Origin: Lama guanicoe
Taxonomy: Eukaryota
Reading direction: 5' to 3'
DNA length: 64,000 nt
Assembly: GCA_013239625.1 (NCBI GenBank)
Contig: MU054117.1
Span: forward strand, 4,987,514 to 5,051,513
This document shows positions 10,701-24,119 of the stretch, piece by piece; positions within the stretch are counted from its first letter, which is position 1, and every line of letters starts with the position of its first letter. Under the pieces are notes generated by a model. It did not search any database and was not told the origin of the DNA. It was given only the letters and a program-made list of their open reading frames with translations. The translations under genes were made by a program, and so were the position numbers.

Positions 10701-13236
10701 CCAGGTGACCCTCCTCCTGCCGTTCCACCGGCAGATGTGTCCATTGAGATGCCCGAGGAGCTAGACGTCTCCCAGCTGAGGGGCACAGGGCTGCAGCCTG
10801 GAGAGGAGGAGCTGCCCGACATTGCCCCACCCCTGGTCACTCCGGATGAGCCCAAAGGTAGCCTTGGTTTCTATGGCAACGAAGACGAAGACTCCTTCTG
10901 CTCCCCTCACTTCTCCTCTCCGACATGTTAGTGACTCTTCTTCCTGCCTGCCTCTTTCCCTTGCTGATGGGGGTCTTCTCTGCCTGCCTCCCCTTGACCC
11001 TGTCCTTTGTGTTTCTCCTGTCCTCCCTTTCAAATTTCCTCAGCCCTCTTTTGATGGACATGAGGACCGATAGAGCGCTCCAGCCACACTGTGTGCATGG
11101 CACTAGTACCAGCTGATTACCCTCGTTCCTACATGGGGTGGGGGCGGGGGATTGGACCCCAGAAACAGCCTGTTCCGTGAAACCCAGCAAGGAAGGGGCT
11201 TCCTGGGGGCTTGTTAGGCTCAGTTCTGTACCTTTAGGGTACTTCAGTCCCCACATTGTGTTGTCATCCTAGTTCTGGAATAAGGTGCCAGGCCCTGGGA
11301 GAAAAATGCATGGAATGGGTGGTTGGGAGAGGGCTGGGGGTTGGACTGTGGGAGGGAGGAGGGGCAGGGAGTGGCCTCAGGCCTCAGACGCCTGAGGCCA
11401 CTCCCTGCCCCTGCTTCTCTCCCAATAGCACCCATGTTAGATGAATCAGTCATCATCCAGCTGGTGGAGATGGGCTTCCCTATGGACGCCTGCCGCAAAG
11501 CCGTCTACTACACGGGCAATAGCGGGGCCGAGGCTGCCATGAACTGGGTCATGTCACACATGGACGATCCAGGTCGGCTGGGGTGGGGAACCGGGTGGGA
11601 CGGGGGCCCCCATCCTCCCCCAAACACTTCAACCCCTTCACATCTGCAGATTTTGCAAACCCCCTCATCCTGCCTGGCTCCAGCGGACCTGGCTCCACAA
11701 GTGCCGCGGCTGACCCCCCACCGGAGGACTGTGTGGCCACCATTGTATCCATGGGCTTCTCCCGGGACCAGGCCCTGAAAGCTCTGCGGGCCACGGTATG
11801 GGCTGCCCCCAGCGGAAGACAGGTCCTGGGGAAGGAGTGGGTGGCAGCGAGGTTCCATCCCTTACAGGCAAGAACAGTGACCACCCGCGTGGTGCGGCCG
11901 ATCTGTGTGGGGCTCCACTCTGTCGTGGCTGTGACGTGGAAGCTGAGGCCTCCACTGGGGCTTTCTCCACCCCGAGCTTGCTAGTAAAAGTAACGCTTCC
12001 CTCCTCCCCCAGAACAACAGTTTAGAACGAGCTGTGGACTGGATCTTCAGTCACATTGACGACCTGGATGCAGAAGCTGCCATGGACATCTCAGAGGGCC
12101 GCTCAGCTGCCGACTCCATCTCTGAGTCCATACCAGTGGGCCCTAAAGTCCGGGATGGTCCTGGAAGTGAGTGTCCCGGGGAAACAGGACAGGCCTGGTG
12201 GAATCTAACCAGTCGGCTACACCAGGTCCTCATCCCAAGGCAGCTCTGCTTCCCTTGTGGGTGACGGGGGTGCATAGGGGTCAGAACCTTCTTTCTACTG
12301 ACGTGACTCCTGAAGGTGGGATCCTGGGAGGCTGAGATAGACTTTTGGCTCATTACACGCCCCACAGGCTGAGAAGTCACGTCCTGAGCTCGGGCTGTTA
12401 GATATATTTCCCTCGCTGCCTTCTCTGCTGTCTCTCCCTTCCCTAGAGTATCAGCTCTTTGCCTTCATCAGTCACATGGGCACCTCGACCATGTGTGGTC
12501 ACTATGTCTGCCACATCAAGAAGGAAGGCAGGTGAGGGGCCGGCACGTGCATTTTGAGTGCGGGGTGGGTGGGGATGGGTAGGGACATCCTGGAAGTCCC
12601 CAGAATCTTTGTGGGGGAAGGTAAAAGACTGCCTGACGGGGCACAGATTCACCAGAAATTGACAGAAAGCCTGCCAGCAAGGAGCAGCAGACTAGGGCCC
12701 AAGGGCTGAATCCAGCCACTTGCTTTAGTAAATAAAGTTTTTAAGAGCATGGCCACACTTAACTCATTTATGTATTGTCTGTGGCTCTTTTCACGCTGCA
12801 TCAGGAAAGTTGAGTAGTTGTGTCAGAGACCAGGTGGCCTGCAAAATCTAAATAGCTCCCGTCTGTCCCTTGACACAGTTTGCCAACCCCTACCCAGCGG
12901 GAGTGGGTGGTAAAGATACCACGGGGTCTGAAGACCCCGAGTAGAGTAGGAATGACCCTGTGAGGCTGGGATGCTCCCTTCAGGCAGGTGGCAGCTGGAC
13001 TGTAGGTTTGGGGGCCCAGGCAGAGTATGTGGGGAGCCTTTGCCCCAGAATCACCAGGATCAACTCCAGGGGTGGCGCAGACCAGGTTGATGCAGCTTGG
13101 AAGGCCTGGGTGGTTCATCCTCTCCCCCGACCCCTCCCCCAGATGGGTGATCTACAACGACCAGAAAGTGTGTGCCTCTGAGAAGCCGCCCAAGGACCTG
13201 GGCTACATCTACTTCTACCAGAGAGTGGCCAGCTAA
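1091..13236 (+). CDS. USP5: Ubiquitin carboxyl-terminal hydrolase 5 (isopeptidase T), 858 aa long isoform
   Basis: Coding exons: 1091-1201, 3939-4064, 4300-4366, 4540-4673, 4835-4980, 5239-5423, 5883-5977, 6662-6855, 7564-7635, 7904-7991, 8121-8246, 8729-8882, 9157-9331, 9935-10023, 10735-10926 (short form ends 10857), 11429-11572, 11650-11795, 12013-12166, 12447-12531, 13143-13236. Total 2577 nt. It has the [10 protein letters not shown] start, a ZnF-UBP domain, Cys box [13 protein letters not shown], two UBA domains and His box CGHYVCHI. Confidence 0.99.
6115..6400 (-). mobile_element. L2 LINE 3' fragment in USP5 intron 7
   Basis: TCATTTATTTGTTCATTGAATGCTACTGAGTACCTACTGTGTGCTAG... resembles the reverse-complemented L2 3' end. 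Boundaries are approximate. Confidence 0.6.
10168..10243 (+). mobile_element. Internally deleted tRNA-Ala-derived SINE
   Basis: It has an A box (TAGCTCAGTGG), lacks the B-box segment, and ends in an A tail. Flanking direct repeat TGTCTAGTTT at 10156-10165 and 10244-10253. Confidence 0.8.
12660..12892 (+). mobile_element. MER58-like hAT-Charlie DNA transposon remnant in the last USP5 intron
   Basis: ...TAGTAAATAAAGTTTT...TCATTTATGTATTGTCTGTGGCT...GTTGAGTAGTTGTG...AGTTTGCCAACCCCT matches the MER58A consensus as recalled. The left boundary is approximate. Confidence 0.7.
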
Positions 13237-13746
13237 GAGCCTGCCTGGAGTCCAGACCACTGAGGGCAGAGGACAGACCACCGGGCGTGGGGGGTGGGGC
13301 TGAGGGGTGGGCGGCAGCCCCCCTGCTCTGTACCCTTTTTTCTTTTTGCCCCCAGCAGAAGGAAAGAAGCTAGAGGCCCTAGGAGAATGGCCAAGCAAAG
13401 CCGTGGGAGACTTTGGGGTTGGAGCAGGAAGGGGATGGGAGGGACCGGCCACCTGTGAGGAGACTTGCTTTCCTGCCCTTGACCCCACAGCGCTCTGCTT
13501 CTCTGTGATCCCGCCGGCCCAGCGTGGAGCGGGCTTGTTTGTGTGTGTGGCGTGGGTGTAGCTTTGTGCAGCCTCTTCCATAGGAGGGGGCGTCTGTGCC
13601 TCCCCTCCCTCTTTGTGTGTGCTCCCCGTGTGGTTGGGCACGGAGGGATATGAGGGAAATGGGGACCCCCTTCGCCCTCCTGCCTCAGTCTTTCCCCCAC
13701 CCTATCTCTCCCCTGTCCTCTGGAAAATGCCAAAATACAGGATGTG

Positions 13747-13752
13747 AATAAA
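13747..13752 (+). terminator. USP5 polyadenylation signal
   Basis: AATAAA about 510 nt after the stop codon, followed by GT-rich sequence. Confidence 0.85.
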
Positions 13753-14229
13753 GGTACCATGGCTAAGTCGTGTCCCGTCTGATACTTTGGGGGAGGCTGT
13801 CCTCCTGGGGTTAGCAGGAGGGCCAGTATCTACAAACACCCGGCCCTGCCCCTCTGCCCCTCCGCGCCCCCTTGGAGGCAGTTCTTGGGAAACTGGGCTG
13901 AGTGAAGTGTGCACGGGGGATGAGGGGCAGTCAGATGAGGGGAAGTGAAGTGGGGGTGACAGACCAAAGATGGGTTTAAAGAGCCCTTCCTTCCAGCCGT
14001 CGCACGAGAGGGGGCCCAAGTAGGTAATTCCCAAATGTCCTCAGTGGTTAGGGAGCCCCGGGCCCCAGGCCCTGCAGTCCTCCCTCAGGCCTTGGTCAGA
14101 GTGGGATACCGGGGTGGGGGGCAGACTTCTCAACTGCCTGTCTTACCTGCAGTTTCTAGCCAACATGGGCCGTCCCCCCCCCCGCCCCGTGAACCCTGTT
14201 ACTTGCGCAGTCAGTTACTGTGGGGCTAG

Positions 14230-17389
<3,160 letters not shown>

Positions 17390-17851
17390 ACCCCGCCCAG
17401 ATCTCCCTTACCCTTCCTGCTGAGCCAGGGAGTAGTTAGCTCAGAAGCCCAACGTAATTGTGCCGCCCCCCCACCCCCACACATGCTTCTGATGGTGTCA
17501 CCTGCCCCCTTTCGTGGCCTAATCCAAAGTGTACCTCTTCCTTTACCGTTTACACCCTACCCTGTTAATGGTTGGGACCAGGCCAATCCCGCCTCCACTT
17601 ACTATACCAGTTGGAACTAAACCTGTCAACAAGGTGGCTTCTCCTAGGCTGGGAGGTGGGAGAGGTGGTTCGCTCGTGGGGGTCCCCTCAGTCCCCAGTG
17701 AAAGCAGGAGAGAGAAACAATCCTGTCTCATCTCGCGCCATGAGGCCAAGAGCTGAGAGAAAGTCCTGTCCTCCGCTGAGGCCAGGGTGCTGCTCCTTCC
17801 CACGGTGCCAACACCTGTGTGTTGTATGTGAGCAGTCCCATGTGTGGGGGA

Positions 17852-17857
17852 AATAAA
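17852..17857 (+). terminator. TPI1 polyadenylation signal
   Basis: AATAAA followed by a GT-rich downstream element (TTGTGGTGTGTCCTT). Confidence 0.9.
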
Positions 17858-18231
17858 CACCTGGCACTGAGCCTTGTGGTGTGTCCTTCTTCACCGAACT
17901 TGCCAGATCACCTTTTTCCTTTTGGAGGCAGCCAAGGGACCCTTGTGCAAAATAATACCACCACAGGTTTCTACAGCAGCACTTTTCTTACTATTTTTAC
18001 TTGCAAATGTGTCTTGCATCCCAGGCTGCCACAGCCTTGAATACCAGCCCCCTCCCATCCCCCTCTGGGTGGCCCTGGGGCTGCTGTGCTCCCCAGAACT
18101 GGGGTTGGGGTGGAGCCCAGCCTCACTGGCTTTAGTTTGGGTAGCTGATCTCAGCCAGCAGTGACTCCTCCCTGCCCCAGCCCCGAAGAGGGGTGGGGTC
18201 CAGGCCCCAGTGCAAACTGGTGTCACAGGGG

Positions 18232-19977
18232 TCACTGGTAGAGCAGGTAGCGCTTCATGGCAGGGGGCAAGGGCAGAGCAGATATATGGCCAAGCCGGGT
18301 ATCCCCCAGGGCGCGGCGCACACACAGGCGGCTCAGGTGCAGAAGGGAGTGTGGCTCCGCTGGGAGAGAGAAGAGGGGAAGGTAAGTAGGGGGTGTGGCC
18401 ACCAGCCAGACATCCTCAAACCACAGGCCCCCAACTGCTTTCCTGCTGCAAGTCTGCTCCCACCTTGGTTGAGAGGGTGATCTAAGGCACCCTGAAATTC
18501 TGCATCTGCTCTTGGGGCAAGGGGAGGCACCACGGATTTCACACATCCCCAGTCAGAGCTGGGGTGATGCTTGAAGGCCCTCTAAGCAACAGGCCAAGGT
18601 GGCTCCAACAGCAGTGGAGCTAGCCCAGGCTTCCATTCCAGAGAGGCCTTGAAGCTGGGGCTGAGATGAAGGGCCCTCCACTCTCCAATAGCGCCCATGG
18701 GCGATGGGAGAAAGGCAGCCACCCTCTGCTGAAGACTTTGCAACTGCAGAGAACAGTTAAGTCCGGTCAGCCCCAAGGCCTGGCTCCATCAGTTCTCCCA
18801 AGGCCCTGCCTCCTTCACTGCTCTCCTGCCTGGTGCTGGGGGGGCCTCAATGGCTCCCTCTGAGGTTTGACTGAGGAAGGAGGCAGCCATGCATTCTAGA
18901 GAGTCAGAGGCCAGTCAGTCTGGCACACAACCTGGGTGCCTGGCACTGCCAGTCCTATTGCTTTGGGACTTGCACACCTAGACCAGTACACACTTAACCC
19001 TTTGCACCTCTTGCTGCAGGGGCTGACTCTCCGGTGAAGCCCTAATCCCTGTGGCATGCTTCTCTCCATTCTGAGGGGTCACCACTTACTAGCAAGCTGC
19101 CTTCCCAAGTCTTACTTTTAACTCCATGGCTGTTAGAAAAATTAAATTAGGTAACAGCTGTGAAGGCCCTTCGCCATTCCTGGCACTGAATAGGGGTAGG
19201 AGACCAGTCAGATGAAGGCCCGTTCCCTCTGCTCCTGTAAGGCATTGAGTTTCCATTCCAAACTACAGCCACCAGTGGCAGAACACTCTCCCCACACCTG
19301 CTCCAGGGCTCACCTCTCCTTTCGCCCAGGTAGCTGATGCGGACCTGGCACTGGCCCCAGACGGCGCTTACAGCTGGATAGAGAGTCCTGCCCTTCAGTC
19401 CGTGGAAGGCGGGACCCAAGTAGGTGCCCCCAATAGCGTAGCCCAGAGTTCCCTCCTCCATGTCCAGAATCACCAGCAGCCTCTCTGGCACCTCCAGCTG
19501 CTCACCCTGAGGTCCGGCTGGATACTGGGGGGCGCCAGGCCCCTTGCTCTGATGATACAGCTTCCCCCGCCCAATGTCCCAGCCCCACGACTCGCTGTTG
19601 CTGCCCAGCAGCGCCGCATAGTGGTCAGCCTGCAGCGGGGCGAGGGCCGTGGCCACGCCCACCACGGCGTGGGTGCCCCTCTGCTCAGGGGGCCAGGTGA
19701 TCTCCCAAGCGTGCAGACCCCTCGAGTAACCCCTCTTACCCCGGGCCCCATCAGTGCTCTGGGCCACGGGCCTCCGTTCAAAGCACAACCCCCCTTCCTT
19801 GACCTCGATGTTCTCTGAGCAGTCCTTGGGATTCCAGCCGTGGCGTCGCTGGGCCCCCAGATCAGGAGGGGGAGCAGACAGCAGCTCCTCCAAGCCCTCG
19901 GGACAAGAGAGGTCAGGGCACAGGGCCTGAGGGGTGGAGGTGCTGCTGCTGCCCCCTGCCAAGGCCGTCTGGCCCAT
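18232..19977 (-). CDS. SPSB2: SPRY domain-containing SOCS box protein 2, 263 aa
   Basis: Coding exons 19977-19314 and 18359-18232 (792 nt). MGQTALAG start, B30.2/SPRY domain (RRPVAQSTDG), and C-terminal SOCS box PHSLLHLSRLCVR...LPLPPAMKRYLLYQ. The exon-2 acceptor is at 20061/20060. Confidence 0.98.
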
Positions 19978-20199
19978 GGAGGTGAGGAGCGGGAGGATTC
20001 CCCGAAAGAGTCTTGCTGGCGTCTCCTCTTCTGAAAGTTGAGCTCCTGTTCGGCATCGACCTAGAGAGGACGCGGGACAGAAGAGAGAGTGAAGCGAGGG
20101 ATCCTGGCGGGAACTCTTCACTCAGATGCCCCATCCTTTCCCCCAGGTTTGCTCACCGCCTTGCTCCTCCCTCTTCGCTCCCCTCAAGCTCCTAAACCC

Positions 20200-20760
20200 A
20201 TCATCACCTTGCCCGCACCCACCTGTCCCGGTCTCCCGAGACTCGCGAGTTCGCCGCCTTTGGGCCTGTCCAGAGACCCCCCCCCTCCCGCCCCGCCCCA
20301 AAACCAGAGACCGTCCCCCTCGCGCCCCACCCCCCCCGTGCCCTTGTCACCACCCCCCGAACCTCGCCTGGCTTCCAGTGCCGGGAGGTCGTCGGGCCTC
20401 CGGAGGAGCCCAGCCGAAAGTCGCTGAGGCGCGCTAGCCTCAGACCGCCTGCCGCTTCCGCCTCCAGCACCGCCCCCAGGGCTCGCCCCGCCCTAGGCCC
20501 CGCCCCCAGGCCCTGCGGAGCGGTTAACACTCTCGGCGCCGCTCCAGGTGGCGTCCTGTCCCGAGACCACGCCCCCTCGGGGGTCCTTCGGGGGCAGTTA
20601 CTGTCAGCTGGGTGGCGGCTCTGGAAAGGCCGGTAGTGCGCAGAGCCCAATCCCGAGCAGTTAACCTCGGGGCACCGTCCCTCGCCGCCCTCACCTCCGC
20701 CACCGCCCCAAGGCCCCGCTTCTGCGAGGGGGCGTCGGAGCGCTTAACCCCTCTCTGGCT
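20200..20760 (-). promoter_or_regulatory. SPSB2 CpG-island promoter / non-coding first exon region
   Basis: CpG-rich with multiple GC boxes immediately upstream of SPSB2 exon 2. I could not resolve the exact exon-1 limits. Confidence 0.75.
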
Positions 20761-21169
20761 ACTATGGAGTCCAGCCCAGGCAGTCCAAACTCAGAATTAA
20801 CCCTTCCATGGTATCATCGCTTTGGGATCCCTGGAGGTCTGTTCTCCACCGTCAAGAACTTTGAGCCTCTTGTACAACCAGCTCCTGAGCCCCTAGAGAT
20901 GAGGGGTGTGAGGTCAAGGATGGGCTGCCATTGTGATACTCCCAGTCCTGGTGATTCTGGGTCACTGTTACTGGGCTGGTCTTTTTCTGGCCCCAGTTGT
21001 GAGTTAGCCTGTTCTGTGCCTGAGGTTCTGAACTCTTGAGTATCTAGCTCTGAGGGGCAGGTGTCATAGGTCTCCACGCTGTTTTAGTCTTCATCCTGCT
21101 TGTCAATCCATTCCTGAGCTGTTGGCCTCATCTGGGAGAGTGTAGCGGGCAAGACGTTGCTTGTGAGTG

Positions 21170-21610
21170 AAGCTATGCCACTAACTAGCTCTGTGACCTT
21201 GGGGAGGTTCCCAAACTTCTCTAAACCTGTTTTCTCTTATGTAAAATGGGAATAATGATGGTACTTAACCTCACAGGATGTTGTGGAGTTGAAATAATCC
21301 AGGTAAAGCACTTAGCACAGAGCCTGCACTCACTAAACACAGCTATTACTGAAGTGTCCTTAACATTTACAGAGTGCCCACTCTCTAGAGAGTTAGTGTA
21401 AGATAGTGGTAAAGGATGCCAACTGTGACTGGGTGTGAATACCTGAAGGCTGGCAGGTAGGGGACCTTGGGCCAATTACTTAACCTCTCCATGCCTGTTT
21501 CTTCTTCTGTAAAATGGAGATGCTACTGCTACCTACTGCATAGGCTGTAGTGAGGATCAGTGAGGTTTTATACATACATACATAAAGCGTTTAGAACAGT
21601 TTCTGGTTCA
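21170..21610 (+). mobile_element. Two adjacent MIR SINE fragments
   Basis: The MIR core (TGTGACCTTGGG...CTGTTTTCTCTTATGTAAAATGGGAATAATG...GTAAAGCACTTAG) occurs twice in diverged form. Confidence 0.8.
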
Positions 21611-21626
21611 AATTTAATCATTTGTA

Positions 21627-21740
21627 GGGGAGGGTATAGCTCAAGTGGTAGAGCGCATGCTTAGCATGCACAAGGTTCTGGGTTCAATCTCCAATACCTC
21701 CTCTAAAAATAAATAAACCTAGTTACCCCCCCCACCAAAA
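21627..21740 (+). mobile_element. tRNA-Ala(AGC)-derived SINE (camelid vic-1-like), full length
   Basis: GGGGAGGGTATAGCTCAAGTGGTAGAGCGCATGCTTAGCATGCACAAGGTTCTGGGTTCAATC, followed by an AT-rich tail. TSD AAT(T/G)TAATCATTTGT at 21611-21625 and 21741-21755. Confidence 0.9.
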
Positions 21741-22183
21741 AATGTAATCATTTGTGCTAAAGACTGAAGATTACGCAGTGAATCCTCAAGGAAGTTAAAA
21801 AGGACATTTATAAAACACTTTATCATGTAGTAGGTAAAATTCTGGATATCTAGAAAGTACTGTGGGAGGAAAAAGGATGGGACTCCTAACCAGGGATCAA
21901 GCAGTTTGGAAAGAAAAATGTCCTGGTCCAGGGGATGACACTGGCCTGAATCTTTAAGAATGACAAGGAATTTGCCTGGGAGGTGGTTCCAGATGAATGT
22001 GGGTTAGATTAGAGTTGCTGCAGTAGAAGACATTCAGGCTGAGAGGTCAGCGTGAAAAAAAACAGAAGTGGTAGGTGGGTTTGGGGAATGTGGAAGATTT
22101 CAGGGTTGCTGTAGCAAGATCGGAAATGTGAGACAAGCCTAGAGAAGTTAAGTGTCACCGGCAAGCCAAGTCAAGAACGCAAA

Positions 22184-22679
22184 TGTCAACTGAAAGAAAT
22201 TGCACAACCTAGAAGTTGAGAGTTATGTTTTATTCTCAGACTTTCTGGGGACCTCAAGCCTGGGAAGCAGCCTCTAAGATCACTCTTAAGGGACTGCTCC
22301 AAAGAGGCACGGGAAGAGCCAGGATATATAAGTTAAAGACCATGTAGTCAGAATATGCAAAGATTAGTGTTAACTAAGGAAAACCAGATATTCCAAGTTA
22401 AGAAATTTAGAACTTTTGTGTGTATGGGAAGATGCAAAAGTCTGGGCTCACTGAAATCATTCCTTTGATATGTGCCTTAACTATCTAGGGCTCATATCCT
22501 GTTCTTTCCCATCTTGAGTCCCCTCCAGGTGGGGGGTGGGTGCAGAGGCAGGCAGCCTACTTGTCTCCATCCTGAACTCCGTCCTTCTCACTGGCTCACC
22601 TTTGGGGGCTGGGGGGCAGAGGTGGTGGCTGATGGCTGATGGTGTTTACTGATACAGCAGGCAATATTTTTCATTCACA
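22184..22679 (-). mobile_element. Solo ERV LTR (~500 bp)
   Basis: TG...CA termini, a minus-strand AATAAA about 45 nt from the 3' end, and an imperfect 4-bp flank (CAAA/GAAA). It resembles artiodactyl ERV1-type LTRs as recalled. Confidence 0.7.
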
Positions 22680-23025
22680 GAAATGTAACAGGGCCAGTAA
22701 CAGGGAGCCATGTAGGAGAAAAGCAGGAGAGGATCATGGTCAGATCCTCATTTTAGAAAAACCACCCTGGCAGCAATGGAAAGGAGGCTTTGAGGAAAAT
22801 AGGACTGGAAGCAAGGAAATGGGTTCCAGGGGCTCAGGTGACAAGTATTGAGAGCCTGAAATAGGGCAGTCAAAATAAGGATGAAAAGAATTCAAGAATC
22901 ACTGATAAAACGGCAAGATTTGGTCACTGATTAGATGCTGAGGGAAAGGAAAAAGTCTAAGAGAGGTTTCTAGCCTGGAAAACTTTGTTGGAAGGTGGTG
23001 CATTGAGTAAAGATGGCAGAGACAG

Positions 23026-23571
23026 TGCCATCTGCAGCAACATGGATGGACCTGGAGATTGTCATTGTATTGAATTAAGCCAGAAAGAGAAAGAAAAATA
23101 CCGTATGATAGCACTCATATATGGAATCTAAAAAAAGGAAAATGATGATACTAATGAACTCATCTACAAAACAGAACCAGAATTATGGAAATAGTAAACA
23201 ATCTTATGGTTATTAGGGGAAAGGGACTGGGAAGGGATAAATTTGGGAGTTTAAGATTTGCAAATGTTAAATACTATATATAAAAATAGATTAAAAAACA
23301 AATTTCTTTTGTATAGCACAAGGAACTATATTCAATATCTTGTAATAATCTTTAATGAAAAAGAGTATGAAAATGAATATATGTATATATATATGCATGA
23401 CTGGGACATTATACTGTACACCAGAAATTGACACATTGTAACTGACTATACTTAAAAAAAATGATGAATATCTGTGTATGTTTGTGTATAACTGAAAAAT
23501 TGTGCTCTACACTGGAATTTGACACAACATTGTAAAATGACTATAACTCAATAAAGTTTTTTTCTTAAAAA
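23026..23571 (+). mobile_element. 5'-truncated L1 3' end with target-site duplication
   Basis: L1 ORF2-end/3'UTR motif GCAGCAACATGGATGGACCTGGAG. 13-bp TSD ATGGCAGAGACAG at 23013-23025 and 23572-23584. Confidence 0.9.
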
Positions 23572-23719
23572 ATGGCAGAGACAGGAAGATGCCCTTGGGG
23601 GCAAGGGCAGGAGGATGGGAGAGAGAGATGGTGAGTTCAGTTTAGCAGGTGTTTTTGAAGTGTCTGAGCAACAACCCATTAGAACCATCCAGAGCACACT
23701 TGAAAATAGCAGAGCTGCA

Positions 23720-23790
23720 GGGCAGGGAAGGGAAAGGAAGGGCAGGAAAGGAAAGGGAAGGGGAGTGAAGGGAAGGGAAGGGAGAAAAAA
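23720..23790 (+). repeat. Purine-rich (GGGAA)n-like low-complexity repeat
   Basis: GGGAAGGGAAAGGAAGGGCAGGAAAGGAAAGGGAAG... Confidence 0.8.
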
Positions 23791-24119
23791 AAGGATGGCA
23801 GGTCTGGAGGGAACGGTGAGAGGCTTAGGCTGGAGATACAAATTTGGGAGGTGTGTCAGCCTTCAGCCAGGAGTTGAACTATCAAGTTCAATCAAGAGGG
23901 GCCCAGGAGAGAGAGTGCAGAGTAAGAAGAGAGTCAAGGAGGACACAGCACAGCACACAATTCAGGTGAGTTTGCATACATGATTTTTTGGTCATTAGCA
24001 ACTTCAGTGAGAGAGCACACATAGGCTGTGGGAGGTGGGGGTCCAGGCAGAAGGGGATGAACTGGCACTTTCCGTGTGTCAGGTGTTGTGCTACATGCTT
24101 CAGGTTTTTAGGGGTTAGA

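Noticed and set aside
21627..21702. Possible tRNA-Ala gene
   Set aside because: It has an A-rich tail, a TSD, a poorly pairing acceptor stem and several diverged siblings, so it is a SINE.
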